Positions 27,201-37,300 of a DNA stretch of 64,000 nucleotides are shown piece by piece. This DNA comes from Clostridia bacterium (GTDB taxonomy: Bacteria > Bacillota > Clostridia > Oscillospirales > CAG-272), in contig JAFVTS010000008.1 of assembly GCA_017503105.1 (NCBI GenBank), forward strand, positions 69,453-133,452, in the 5' to 3' direction. The notes beneath the pieces were generated by a model. It made no database searches. It was not told the origin of the DNA and saw only the letters and a program-made list of their open reading frames with translations. Positions within the stretch are counted from its first letter, which is position 1, and every line of letters begins with the position of its first letter. Position numbers and translations under genes: made by a program.

Positions 27201-30200
27201 TTTTTGCCTTCGGAGAGGATTTCCAGCATATCCGCGACGCCCTGAACATACAAGCCCGTGCTGTTGGCGTCAACATATTCGAGGATGCCAGTTTTTACAG
27301 CGTCGGAAGTGTACCATTGCCGCAGGTCAGCGAGGATCTTGCGCGTTCCAGATACATTCAAGTTTCCTCTGAATTGGATTCGCGCCAGTTGCTCAATGGA
27401 GTTCTTGAAAATCTCGCTGTCGTGCTGGGTGGAGTTTGCGAAAGTTCCGAGTTTCAGATCCTTCATTTTCTGGGCTTTGCTCATAAGCAGACCGAGCAGG
27501 CGATCCCTGCCTTTGATCTTGTCGTATTCTGCTTTCCAGTATTCCGCCCTCTCGGAGTAATAGCCGATCTTATTTTCAACCATACGGGAGAATTTCGACT
27601 GTTCGCCCTCGGTTTCGTATGCGCGCATGATTTCGTCCTCGACGCTCTTTATCATGCTGGGGATCTCGGAATCGGGCATATCCCAGTACGCGGAGATCCA
27701 TTTGTCTTTCGATTCCGCCAGCGCCCTCTCGTAGAGAGAATCTATTTCGAGGAACGCGTCAACAGGGTGCATCTCTTCCAGATACTCCATAGCAGGCATT
27801 TCGCGCGCTATATCGACCACAAACACATCCATCGGCGTTCTCTTGCTGGAAACGACGCCGCTTGCGCCTGCGACCTTGTGAGCGCCCTTGTAGCCCCACC
27901 TGCCGAGGACTTGCTTCAAGCCCTTTTTGTCGCGCACATGGCGGATCTCGGACATATCTTCCTCGGAGAAGGAAAGTTTACCGATACCCGTGCGGAGATA
28001 GGACAGCCGCTCCTGCGCTTCCAGAGCGTCGGGATTTTCCGTCTTTGCGTCCACAATGATCTTGGCGACGATAAACTCTGCCATATCGTGCGCCACATCT
28101 CGCCTATACTCTACATCGGGGGATTCGTTGAGTATCTGCCAGACTGCATCCGCGATCTCTGTTCTGGTTTTCTGCGTCAGATCGGATATGCCTGCAAACC
28201 TTCCTACAACGGAAAGAGCGTCCTGCTTGCTATAAACCTTCTGCTTTGTGTTGTTGGCAATGATCTTGCGCAGTTCTCCGACGGTCAGGCTTGATTTTCC
28301 AGCCGTTCGCGGCATACCACGGGCAACAACAGCCTCGGCGTCAAAAGTCGCGTCCTGCGCAGAATTTGAGCCGTCTGCGTCGTCGTCGAAAAGTGCGTCC
28401 AGATCCTCGTCGGGAAGAGCGTGGCGAATATCCTTGTCCGCTGTCGGACTTGCGTTGTCAGCGTTCTTGAATTGATTGGAGCGGAAGGTAATATAATCGT
28501 TTGCCACAACACTTTTGCCAGTCTTGGAATAACTGCCTGTGTCGTCAACATTACGGATTATAATGCCGTCGTAATTCATTTCGCCGTCGTCCACGGCTTC
28601 CTCAATGGCGGCGGCAATATCGGCAGGCGTGGTGCGCCATGCTCCATCCTCTTCAAAGGCGGAAGATCCGCGCTCGTCGAGAAATTGCTTGGTTTCGTCG
28701 TCAATAGGGATACGCGACCATTTTTCGCCTCCAGCGTCGATAATGTACGGGTTAGTGATATTCAGATAACCTGCATATCTTTCACCGTTTGGAGAGTAAC
28801 TGTCTGCCATTTCTGCGCTGTCGGTGAAGTAGTTGACATTCCGCCTAAACTCCGTAAAATCTGCCTTTCGTGTGCCGTGATATACCAGCAGAAGATTTCC
28901 GTTTTCGTCAAGCACCTTGCTGTCCGCAAAATACTCTCTCTGCCCTGCGGAGAGGGCGTTGCCCTCGCTGTCGGTTTCAGGGAGAGCGTAACGCATATCA
29001 GAATCGCTTGTGGGTGCTGTGTTGCTGGTAAGTTTGATCTGGTTTGCGTCAAACGCCACAACCTCGTCGCCGTAAAGACTTTGAAGCACTCCGTCATATC
29101 CTCTGCGCTGGATCTCTGCCGAAAACTCGTTTCCGATGCGCGTCATAAAGTGTTCTGGGATGTGCTGTTCGAGGTAACTGTACTTCTTTTCGCTCAAATA
29201 CTGCAACGCGGCAGAAAGACGATGCGCTTCCGCTCTCTTTCTTGTTTCAAATCGTGAGTGAAGATATACCGTTTCAAAATTCCTTTCGCCGTACTTATCC
29301 ATGGCATCCAGAATATCCTCGTACTGCTCTCTGGTGATCTCGCCCTCTTTGCGCAGATATTCCGCCCAAGAAGCAGAATTTATATACTGTTCCTGAATAA
29401 CTTTTTTGAGGTCGGCAGGAATATCCATATTTTCCACATCGTTGTCAATGCGGTACTCGTAGTGATCTCCGCGCACATCGTCGCGTACCTCGACGACAGA
29501 AAGACGCTTGCTGTCGTAAATCTCCTTCAGTTCTGCGGCAAGGTCAACAAAATTTTTCTCTGTAACCTCGCTTGAATCTCCGTAGGAGTGTTCTGCAACC
29601 TCGACAGTCATTTTCTTTGCAATGTCGGGGAATTTTTCAGCCATATTAAGGACAAAACTTGCAAAATCGAACAGAATATCTCCACTCGTTACGCCGTCGT
29701 AAGCCTGCATCTCGTCGTCAAAGACAAACGGATTTTTGATATTCAAGTAACATTCGAGGACGCGTCTGCCGTAATATTCCGCCTCGCCCTTCCTGAAAGC
29801 AAAGTAAAAGCCTTTTCCGTACCATCCTGCATCATTGGAAGATCCAGAAAGGTTTTTGTCAAACTCGTAAAACTCGCCATTATTCGTGCCGTGATACACA
29901 GGCATTAAAGCACCATCGGGAGATATGCGAAGGCTTCCGTCGTCCTGCACCGCCTTGATCGCGCTATCGGCAAAGAATTTCTGTTGTTCTGGCGTGAGCG
30001 CTTTGCCCTTGGTGTCCGTATCAGGCAGGGAGTATCGCACATCGGGATTTTCGGTGGGGGATTGGTTGGTAACAAGTTTCGCCTGCTCTGAATAGAAAGC
30101 CACAATTTGATCGCCGCTATCGTCCATGCGCGTGTCCTTGATCCAGATACCGTCATAACCTTGCTCAATGAGTTTATTACGGTATTTTTCCGCCGCCTCG

Positions 30201-33200
30201 CGCCCGTTCATCCCCATCATGTGCTTGCGTCCAAAACCGCGCTCGTAGTTGTGAGATGGATAAATCCACTCCATAAACTCGTCCAAATCGTCGCTCATTT
30301 GCATAAACGAATCGCCATCCTCCAGACGGCTGATCTGTTCCAAGTTGTCAGAGCGTTTTGCAAGGTTTGTTTTGAGAGAATCGACCAAAGAAAGGGCGTG
30401 TTTTGCCTTTTCTTCGCTCAATTTCATAATCTCCATGTAATAGTCAAGACCGACGCGGAATCCCACACAGCGCTCGATAGATCTTCCGAGTTCTGTGTCA
30501 AAGTAAAGAAGCCAGTTTGTCGTTCCGACTGTTTTCTGCAAATCGGCAAACAATGTTTTGTTTTCCGCCAGTACATCCTCGATCTCCTTGCGGAGTTCCG
30601 CTATACGAGCAGAGTTATCCACAGGCTCGTATATCTTCGGGTTTTTGAGGTTGAGATAAACCGTCTTAACCGAGGCGATTCTGCCGAGGTATTCATTGGA
30701 ATTAAACTCTGCAAAGTGTTCCGCGACCTCTTTTTGCGGAGTAAACCAAAAACCGACATGTGAGGTCTGGTTGTTGCTCTTGCCAGTTTCTTTGAGGTCA
30801 AAAATATTGAAATCCGCCGCCGTTCCGTGATAAAGCACAAGCAGTTTTCCGTCCTTATCCCGTATCACGCTATCCTTAAAAAATTCCCTCTGTTCCGCCG
30901 TCAAATTCGCACCTTCGCTGTCCGTTTCGGGCAAAGCATGGCGCTCGTCAGAAGAAATTTCGGAATTTCTATTGACATTTTCGGCAGGATCGGTTATACT
31001 ATCCGTAGGAACAGTATCCATACTCGATCTCGCTTCGGGCGTTCTAATCAGGGCTTCGGCATTGGTTGGTTGAGAAATGTGCTGTTCTTTTTTTATGATC
31101 CATGCAGTTTTGAGAGTGAGCGCTTTCCGCTTCTCGGAGAAAATTGTAATAGCGGTGGTTTTTCCTGCGATCTCTTTTTTGAAGATCAGGGAGAGAACGC
31201 CGCTTTTTTCGTCCTTTTCGGAAGTTACTTCGTCGGGATCTGCAATGGTTTCAATGACATACTCGAAATTATCCGCCGTGATCGCTTCCTGATTGCGCAT
31301 AGCCTCGGAATCGGCGTCGCCGTGTTCCTTCATCATGTGGCGCAGGTCGTGACTGTTGAGGGCGATACTCTTATTAAAAGCGTTCAAACCAGTTGCCTTG
31401 TGGATCTTCGCCGCAGTTTTGCTGGAAATCTTGCCGACAAACATGGTTTTGCCCTCGTTCGACTTGTCGGAAATAGAATACTCGAAAAATTCCAGTACAT
31501 CGTCATAGGAACGAGCGGTAATATTGTCTTTTCTGGCTTCGATGCTTTTCCGCTCTTCGTCGGAATATGCACCGATGCTGTCAGGGAGCGCTCTGCGCTG
31601 GGGTTTAACCTCGGCGGAGGGCGCTTTTCCTCTCTCGTCCTGCCGCGACAGTTCCAGAGCGTTGTTGCCCTGATTTTGCGCCGACAGATCGGCAAAGAGT
31701 TTTTTGTATGTACGGAGCAGTTTGCGCGCCTCTGCGGACAGTTTTTCGTCGGCAGAGTAATCTCTTGCCGCTTTGCGGAAGAAACTCAACACCTTTTCCG
31801 AAAGAGAGGGATCTTCGCCCAGAATGTACTCCCACGCGTTCGCGTCGCCCAGCACATCCTCGATATACGCCGTCGTGATCTCTTCGTTTACGATAGGCAT
31901 ATACTGCTCCATAGACATACCTTGCTTCTTGTAGAAGTTGATATATCTTTGTGCGATCTCCTGCGATCTTTCGGGCGCAATGCGCCTGAAAGCCTCGGCA
32001 ATGAGGTTTTTACCGTCTTTACTGCGGAGCAGGGCGTGTCCTGCCTCGTGGAGCAGAAGTCGGCTCTGGAGGCGTTCTTTCGGCGCGTTGGGATTGATAT
32101 AAATGGTGTTGCCCTGAATGTTCGCATCACCGACGGCGGATTTTGCGCCGTCAAATACGATATTCATACCAGATCGAGCGGCAACACGGGCAAAGGTCAG
32201 CGTTTCCGCCTCTGCAATACCGTTCGCCTGCGCCTGTCTGATCGTCATACGGACTGCCTGCTTGTTCGGCTCTGACAGCGTATGATATTCAGGGATGCGC
32301 TCTGTCGCCATGGCGTCAATGTCAAGCGCCTGCCGCCCCAGATTTGTTTCCTCGGTAAACTGTTCCACCGTGGGCGTCTGGACGGTATTGCTGTTCCAGA
32401 ATGTGCGGAGTACCTTGTTGACCTCTTGAACGGAGAGGGAGCGGCTGATATTGCCGCTTTCATAGTCAAAAAGGTGGTAGGTTTCGCCCTCTTTGAAAAC
32501 AGCCATATTGACAGCGCTGTTCTCGCTGGTGAAGCGATATACGCCGTCAGACATATTTCTGCGGAGGATATGAGGAATAGGCTTCGCGCTCTCCTGCGCC
32601 GTCTGCATAGCCGCGCGGATGCGCTTGGACTGCTGTGCATACTCGGAGATCTTCTCGCTGGTTGCAAATTCAGCCACTCTTGCGCGGAAATCGTCAATCG
32701 TCAAAGCAGACCAGTCGGAAATACCGAGATCCGCCGAGAGGGCGGCGATCTGTTCCTTGCTTGCGTGTTCTACAAAGTAATTGAGGTCTGCGCTGTTGGC
32801 GAGATTTGCGCCGTTCAGAGCCGCTTCTGCGAAACGCTGGGTATCCATAGTAATACGACCAGTCGCGTCCGCCACAGCCAGCGTAGCAAGGGTAGAATTG
32901 CTGGTAAGAGCCGCGCGAATAGACTTAACAAGGGCTTTCTGCTGCTCCCGTGTGCGCTCCTGCGGTGCGATCTGCAAGAGTGTTGCGTCCACGCCAGAGC
33001 GGATGTCGTCTGCGGTAAGGTTGAGCGGCTTGCCGTTGGCGTCCTTCATTCCAAATTCGCTGTATCTCTGCGCCACAGATTCCGCGTTTGCAAGGATATT
33101 GACAGCGCTTCGCTCAATAAAGGGCATAAAGATCGACGCCGTATTTGCCCTCTTGATCTGACCGAGAAGCATTTTCTGTTTGACGGTCTGCACCGTGCCG

Positions 33201-34285
33201 CCCGTGGTTTTCAGGCTCTCGGACAGTTGCTCGTATGCGTTTTTGACCGTCTGGAACGACGCGTAGCCCGTATCGTTTGCGTTTTCGGTTTCGGTGAGTT
33301 GGCGCGCGGTTTCCATGACGGATTCCACCGTGCCGTTTTCGATTGCTTTGCTACCAGAGAAAAGGTTTTGCGTGGTGTTTACGCCTGCGCTGATCGCCGT
33401 ACTGCCGCCGCTCATAACAAGACCAGACAGACCTCCGACGAGCGCCGCGTATGCCACTTCCTGCGGCGTTGCGTTCTCCGCGTCGGGATTGAATGTCATG
33501 CGTTGGTACACGGGATCGAGTACCTCTGCCAGACCTTCCTCGAAGGCTTCTGTCGCAAAGTCGGTTACAAGGTTTTTGATAACGGTTTTCGCGCCAGTCT
33601 TTGCGACTGTTTCTGCCGTTTCCTTTGCCGTCGCCTTTGCGATAGAGGATACGATACGACCAGAGCCTTTCGCCATGCCTGCCGTCAGGATCTCCACGCC
33701 TGCCTCGGTTGCGCCAGAGAGGAAGCCGTATCCAAACTCTTTCGCGCCGAGTTCTCCCGATTGCTTGTATGCTTCCTTGGTTGCGTTACCTGCCGCACCA
33801 AAGCCAGCGATACTACCAGAGATAATGCCTGCCGCAAGGGGTGACAGCGATCCTCCAGAGAAGTACGCTATCGCCGCACCTGCCGCGACGCCTGCAATGG
33901 CAGGGAGGCTCGTGCCTATGCCCCCTGCCACATCACCTGCGACCTGCCAGCCCTCGGACGGATTAAACCATTCATCCGCGTGGGAATAGTTTACCCAGTC
34001 ATTTGAGAATTGCTGTTCCGCCCAGTCGTCAGCGCCGAACAGTTTGGCAATACCACCAGCACCATAATCCCAAATACCTTCAATACCAGAGAGGAAGCCC
34101 AGACCAACCTTTTCAAAGAGGTATCCCACTCCGCCGAGAAATCCGCCGTTGTTCTGGGATTCCGCGACCTGCTGGGAAGCCTGCACAGAATAGTTCAGAG
34201 CCGCCGCAGGGGCAGAGGAAGCAAGTGTACGCTTGCTTCCGCCTGCGGCATTATTCATTTGTGATAGTGAGAAAGTCGTTGCCAT
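24227..34285 (-). CDS. Giant (3352 aa) polyvalent virion protein
   Basis: Gly/Ala-rich hydrophobic N-terminus. HEAGH at aa 746-750. A ...SHDLRHMMKEHGD... module at aa ~950-1070. Three paralogous YHGT modules at aa 1115-1416, 1417-1764 and 1765-1953. Long helical C-terminal half with a TM segment. Located between the portal and scaffold genes. Confidence 0.7.
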   Translation of the reverse strand: MATTFSLSQMNNAAGGSKRTLASSAPAAALNYSVQASQQVAESQNNGGFLGGVGYLFEKVGLGFLSGIEGIWDYGAGGIAKLFGADDWAEQQFSNDWVNYSHADEWFNPSEGWQVAGDVAGGIGTSLPAIAGVAAGAAIAYFSGGSLSPLAAGIISGSIAGFGAAGNATKEAYKQSGELGAKEFGYGFLSGATEAGVEILTAGMAKGSGRIVSSIAKATAKETAETVAKTGAKTVIKNLVTDFATEAFEEGLAEVLDPVYQRMTFNPDAENATPQEVAYAALVGGLSGLVMSGGSTAISAGVNTTQNLFSGSKAIENGTVESVMETARQLTETENANDTGYASFQTVKNAYEQLSESLKTTGGTVQTVKQKMLLGQIKRANTASIFMPFIERSAVNILANAESVAQRYSEFGMKDANGKPLNLTADDIRSGVDATLLQIAPQERTREQQKALVKSIRAALTSNSTLATLAVADATGRITMDTQRFAEAALNGANLANSADLNYFVEHASKEQIAALSADLGISDWSALTIDDFRARVAEFATSEKISEYAQQSKRIRAAMQTAQESAKPIPHILRRNMSDGVYRFTSENSAVNMAVFKEGETYHLFDYESGNISRSLSVQEVNKVLRTFWNSNTVQTPTVEQFTEETNLGRQALDIDAMATERIPEYHTLSEPNKQAVRMTIRQAQANGIAEAETLTFARVAARSGMNIVFDGAKSAVGDANIQGNTIYINPNAPKERLQSRLLLHEAGHALLRSKDGKNLIAEAFRRIAPERSQEIAQRYINFYKKQGMSMEQYMPIVNEEITTAYIEDVLGDANAWEYILGEDPSLSEKVLSFFRKAARDYSADEKLSAEARKLLRTYKKLFADLSAQNQGNNALELSRQDERGKAPSAEVKPQRRALPDSIGAYSDEERKSIEARKDNITARSYDDVLEFFEYSISDKSNEGKTMFVGKISSKTAAKIHKATGLNAFNKSIALNSHDLRHMMKEHGDADSEAMRNQEAITADNFEYVIETIADPDEVTSEKDEKSGVLSLIFKKEIAGKTTAITIFSEKRKALTLKTAWIIKKEQHISQPTNAEALIRTPEARSSMDTVPTDSITDPAENVNRNSEISSDERHALPETDSEGANLTAEQREFFKDSVIRDKDGKLLVLYHGTAADFNIFDLKETGKSNNQTSHVGFWFTPQKEVAEHFAEFNSNEYLGRIASVKTVYLNLKNPKIYEPVDNSARIAELRKEIEDVLAENKTLFADLQKTVGTTNWLLYFDTELGRSIERCVGFRVGLDYYMEIMKLSEEKAKHALSLVDSLKTNLAKRSDNLEQISRLEDGDSFMQMSDDLDEFMEWIYPSHNYERGFGRKHMMGMNGREAAEKYRNKLIEQGYDGIWIKDTRMDDSGDQIVAFYSEQAKLVTNQSPTENPDVRYSLPDTDTKGKALTPEQQKFFADSAIKAVQDDGSLRISPDGALMPVYHGTNNGEFYEFDKNLSGSSNDAGWYGKGFYFAFRKGEAEYYGRRVLECYLNIKNPFVFDDEMQAYDGVTSGDILFDFASFVLNMAEKFPDIAKKMTVEVAEHSYGDSSEVTEKNFVDLAAELKEIYDSKRLSVVEVRDDVRGDHYEYRIDNDVENMDIPADLKKVIQEQYINSASWAEYLRKEGEITREQYEDILDAMDKYGERNFETVYLHSRFETRKRAEAHRLSAALQYLSEKKYSYLEQHIPEHFMTRIGNEFSAEIQRRGYDGVLQSLYGDEVVAFDANQIKLTSNTAPTSDSDMRYALPETDSEGNALSAGQREYFADSKVLDENGNLLLVYHGTRKADFTEFRRNVNYFTDSAEMADSYSPNGERYAGYLNITNPYIIDAGGEKWSRIPIDDETKQFLDERGSSAFEEDGAWRTTPADIAAAIEEAVDDGEMNYDGIIIRNVDDTGSYSKTGKSVVANDYITFRSNQFKNADNASPTADKDIRHALPDEDLDALFDDDADGSNSAQDATFDAEAVVARGMPRTAGKSSLTVGELRKIIANNTKQKVYSKQDALSVVGRFAGISDLTQKTRTEIADAVWQILNESPDVEYRRDVAHDMAEFIVAKIIVDAKTENPDALEAQERLSYLRTGIGKLSFSEEDMSEIRHVRDKKGLKQVLGRWGYKGAHKVAGASGVVSSKRTPMDVFVVDIAREMPAMEYLEEMHPVDAFLEIDSLYERALAESKDKWISAYWDMPDSEIPSMIKSVEDEIMRAYETEGEQSKFSRMVENKIGYYSERAEYWKAEYDKIKGRDRLLGLLMSKAQKMKDLKLGTFANSTQHDSEIFKNSIEQLARIQFRGNLNVSGTRKILADLRQWYTSDAVKTGILEYVDANSTGLYVQGVADMLEILSEGKKGFTKDDLKMLYDVMSYFTNFVENWGKVFRQGKWIEAKPEAERYINTLHANESLKVGLFSKLAGTTYMQTFGDPMTVARRMDMYESGFYTEMMQELRDAAVDAQVAEMEIRAAYDEFTKKHKKYVEKASVDTVSYRGTEIPKMHLIGLYMTMKRKHAWAGLAANGFAFTDTKGKRVRVNGVVNPEAKITNAELEQYTKEQLSAIEALLTDTDKEYITILEQAFNVDARKLKADRDMQRLGFTNATNDYYYPIRRGNIAKNVDTADIAGELDRVSNSSFNKDTVRGAKQELFIESADAVFNRHIHAVCQYAYLSPAVEAYNRLYNLDISGNKNKPISVATESANTWDKGNKYFVKLISDIQGIPATSSEGMKALGFIRGSYAKFQLGANPKVWFTQLSSIFASSSLLDADSITRGMAVSSKGMDEYCSLAKLRNNDNTAAMAQGVLDSKAKRAVGAVSKFSDLLMSPIGKMDRFVVGRLFGACQVQVQKNGGAKIGTEANKVEAGKLLRRVILETQQNAVATERSAAMRSGNEIMRTLTMFTSDSMKVVGRVIDAIGEVATLKSKLKATTDADTRSALKQQLKAANRKARKAVGALCLTAVFMASIAQLFRWLYDKEQDEDESVAETMLVDAVGNLFGGLPLFKDAYAKIFEGYDVDNYAYSAVNDLLDSALNLFEVAGNILTNEGSVQDRNRAVRNLAYSVGQMFGIPVRNVYNVFFGLTKRFNPEAAYMIDSALYEKNYQNELYKAIEQDDAEMTSFIMSLLLGERMNENVDEVVFNELLILSKNGQKVIPRSVPSSITIDEVEYPLSAAEQAAIKDIYATSEKSLKALFAKSKYNTLSDEQKAAAIDFIYDTYYDKALEGALGIDRGNNSLIIADVVGVDNLALLYVTTKGLTSDIDRRGNVISGSKRKKVVAAINSLGVSTEKKLLLICAKGYSLQDNDIRGLSAEKAKKYLLRYILSLKGKTKAEKAEIAELCGFEVVNGRIITKNL

Positions 34286-34300
34286 AAAAGCCTCCTGATT

Positions 34301-37300
34301 TTATCCCACATACTTTGCATACATTTTGTCAAGATACTCCTGATAGGTGTTGCAACCAGTAGAGGATTTTCTGCGCGCCCATTCCGTGCGCGTCATGATA
34401 TTGGAATAACCTGCATCCGCCGCGTCCTGATAAGAAGTCCATTTAGGATTTGCTTTCGCCGCCGTTCCTGCGCTGTTTGCCGACGCCGTGGAAGTTGTAT
34501 CTCCGCCTCCAAAGAAGAGGTTGTAGAGGTTGTTGTAATGGTCGGTATAACTTCCAGAGCGCTTCTGGATTTTGAATACTCGGTTATCTTTCTTGATGTA
34601 GATAGTTCCTTGATAGCCGAACACAGTTCCGTCGGACAGATCGGACGCGACTTCCTTAATGTTTGTGTCGTTAATCTCGCCACCAGATTCGATGCGGTAC
34701 TTTGTGCCGTTGCAAATAACGGAGAAATTGTTTCCTGCTTCTGCGAGGTCGTCCGAGCCAAAGAAGAGGAACGAGCCATCGTTGTTAAATTTAACACTTT
34801 TGGTAATAGGCGTATAAAGGCTTCTATATACCGCGCGCAGAGCGCTCTTTGTCGCCTCGCTACACCATTTGCTGTTGCAGATCTTGTCAAGTTCGACCTT
34901 TGCCGCGCTCTTGTTGAGAAGCGCCGTGCCGTCGTTGTTGTAGAAGGTGCTTGCGCTGGTGTCGATTGCGTTATTCCACTTGGCTTTCAGATCGTCATAC
35001 TGTGCCTGCGAAATCTTGCCGTCGGCGTAAGCCTTATCAATGGCATCGGTGTCGGCGTAGCCGTAAGAAATATCCTCGGCAAAACTGTTGTAATTGCTTT
35101 CTTGGATATTCTCGATCTGTGCCTTGCCTTGCTCTTCGGTGATCGCGCCACTCTGGACGGCATCCTCGATATAGCCGATATTGTCACCAGTACCAGCAGA
35201 GAGTTCCGCATTTGCCGCCGCCTGACGCTTCTGCTCGTAATCGTTCGCCGCATTGACGAGAGAATTTGTCTGCTCTTCGGAAAGACCGTACTCCTGCGCG
35301 AGTTGTCGCAACTGATCGGCGGTATAAGAGCCAGAGTTTGCACCAGCCAAAAACTCGGTGTACGCGGCTCTTGCGTAGGAGGTTTCTTCCTCCGCCTTTG
35401 CCGCCGCCTCGTCGGCTTTCTGTTGACGGTATGCGCCGATGGCGTTGTCGTTGTTGAGCATATTTTCTCTGTACGACATATCGGCATTGAATTTGCCAGC
35501 GTCCGCCGCCTGATTTGCCGCCAGAGTATCCGCACGAGCCGCCGCCTCTGCATCCGCAACATTCTTGGAGTAAGAGGAATCCGCCGCATACTTGTTCTCG
35601 TTGTATGCCTGATCCGCTTCGTACTTGGCGTTGCGTTCGTTGGTGTGGGCTTCATAGTCCATGGCGCTCTTCTGGGCGTCTGCGTTCGCTTTGTTGGTGG
35701 CGTATGTGGTATCAATCTCATATACCCGATCCGCGTACTGGCTCTCGGCGTTGTAGGTGTTTTCACGGTGCGCCGCGTCCGCCTCTGCCTTCGACTGCTT
35801 TTCCGCACTCTCGGCGGCGTACTTGCTATCCTCCAGAGATTGATCTGCCGCAAGTTTATTGCTCTGGTATGTGGTGTCAACCTCATACATATTTTGCTTG
35901 TATTGAGATTCAGCGTTATACTGATTTTGGAGATGGTCGGCGTCAGCCTGTGCCTTTGCGCTTCTCTCGGCGCTTTCGGCGGCATGTTTACCTTCAGCAA
36001 GCGCCTGATCGGCGGCAGTCTTGTTGCCCTGATAGGTCGTATCAATCTCGTACATATTCTGGCTGTACTGGGATTGTGCATTATAGACATTCTCCTGATG
36101 CGCCGCCTCGGCATTGGTCGCCGTCTGGCGTCTGGCGCTATCGGCAGAGTGCTTGCTATCTTCGAGTGCCTGATCCGCAGAGAGTTTGTTCTTCTGGTAG
36201 GAAAGGTCGAGATCGTACATTCTATCCGCGTACTGCGATTCCGCCGTGTGCTTGTTCTGGAGGTAGTCGGTGTCGGCTTGGAGTTTCGCCTGACCTTCCA
36301 CATAGTCCGCATCACGCTTCACAGCCGCCGCCTGTGCGTTTGCCTGCTGGGTTTCCGCTCTCTGCTGGGCGTATGCCTGCTGATTGATATAATCGCCGTA
36401 TCCGCTTCCAGTCAAGCCCATACCAGCCATAGCCTCGGCGTTTGCACCGTAGGAGGCTTTGTTCTGCTCGTAAGAGGAACGCGCGTCCACGACGCTACGC
36501 TCCCTCTCGACATCGGCGCTGGTGTACGCCTGCTGTCTTTGGAGTTCCGCCGCCTCGTAAACCTTTTCCTGCATCTCCTTTGACATAGAAAGCAGAAGGT
36601 CGCGCTGTTCTGCCGCCATAGCCTCGCCAGTCGCCTTTTGCTGATTGATCGCGTCAATCACAGACTGGTATTGCTTTGTGGCGTGGAGAATATCGGCGTT
36701 GTACTGTTCCTCTGCCGCCGCGAGAACGGCATTGCGCTGACTTTCAGACATAGACAAGAGAAGATCCCTCTGTTCGGTTGCAAGTGCTTCACCTGCCGCC
36801 CTCTGCGCATTGATAGAATCAATAAGCGTCTGGTACTGCTGTTCAGCGTAGGCAATATCCGCCGCACGCTGTTCCTCTGCCGCCGCATAGATCGTGCTTC
36901 TCTGGGATTCCGACATAGAGAGAAGGAGATCCCTCTGCTCCTGCGCCAACGCTTCACCAGACAATTTCTGCGCGTTGATTGCCTCAATGAGAGCGCCGTA
37001 CTGCTTCTCGGCTTGTGCAATGTCAGCCGCGCGCTTTTCCTCGGCGTATGCGTACACGGCGTTGCGCTGTTCCTCGGACATGGAAAGAAGAGCCTGCTTC
37101 TGTTCCTCTGCCAGAGCCATTCCAGAGTTTTTCTGTGCGTTGATGGATTCGATCAGCGTGTCATACTGCTGTTGAGAGTAATTCAGATCAGCCATGAGTT
37201 GCTGTTCTGCGTTGCTGTAAGCAGAGTTCTTGGCGGTTTCTGCCGCACCGTAGAGAAGATCCTTCTGGTTTTGAGCCTCGGCAAGTGCCGCCTGACGCTG

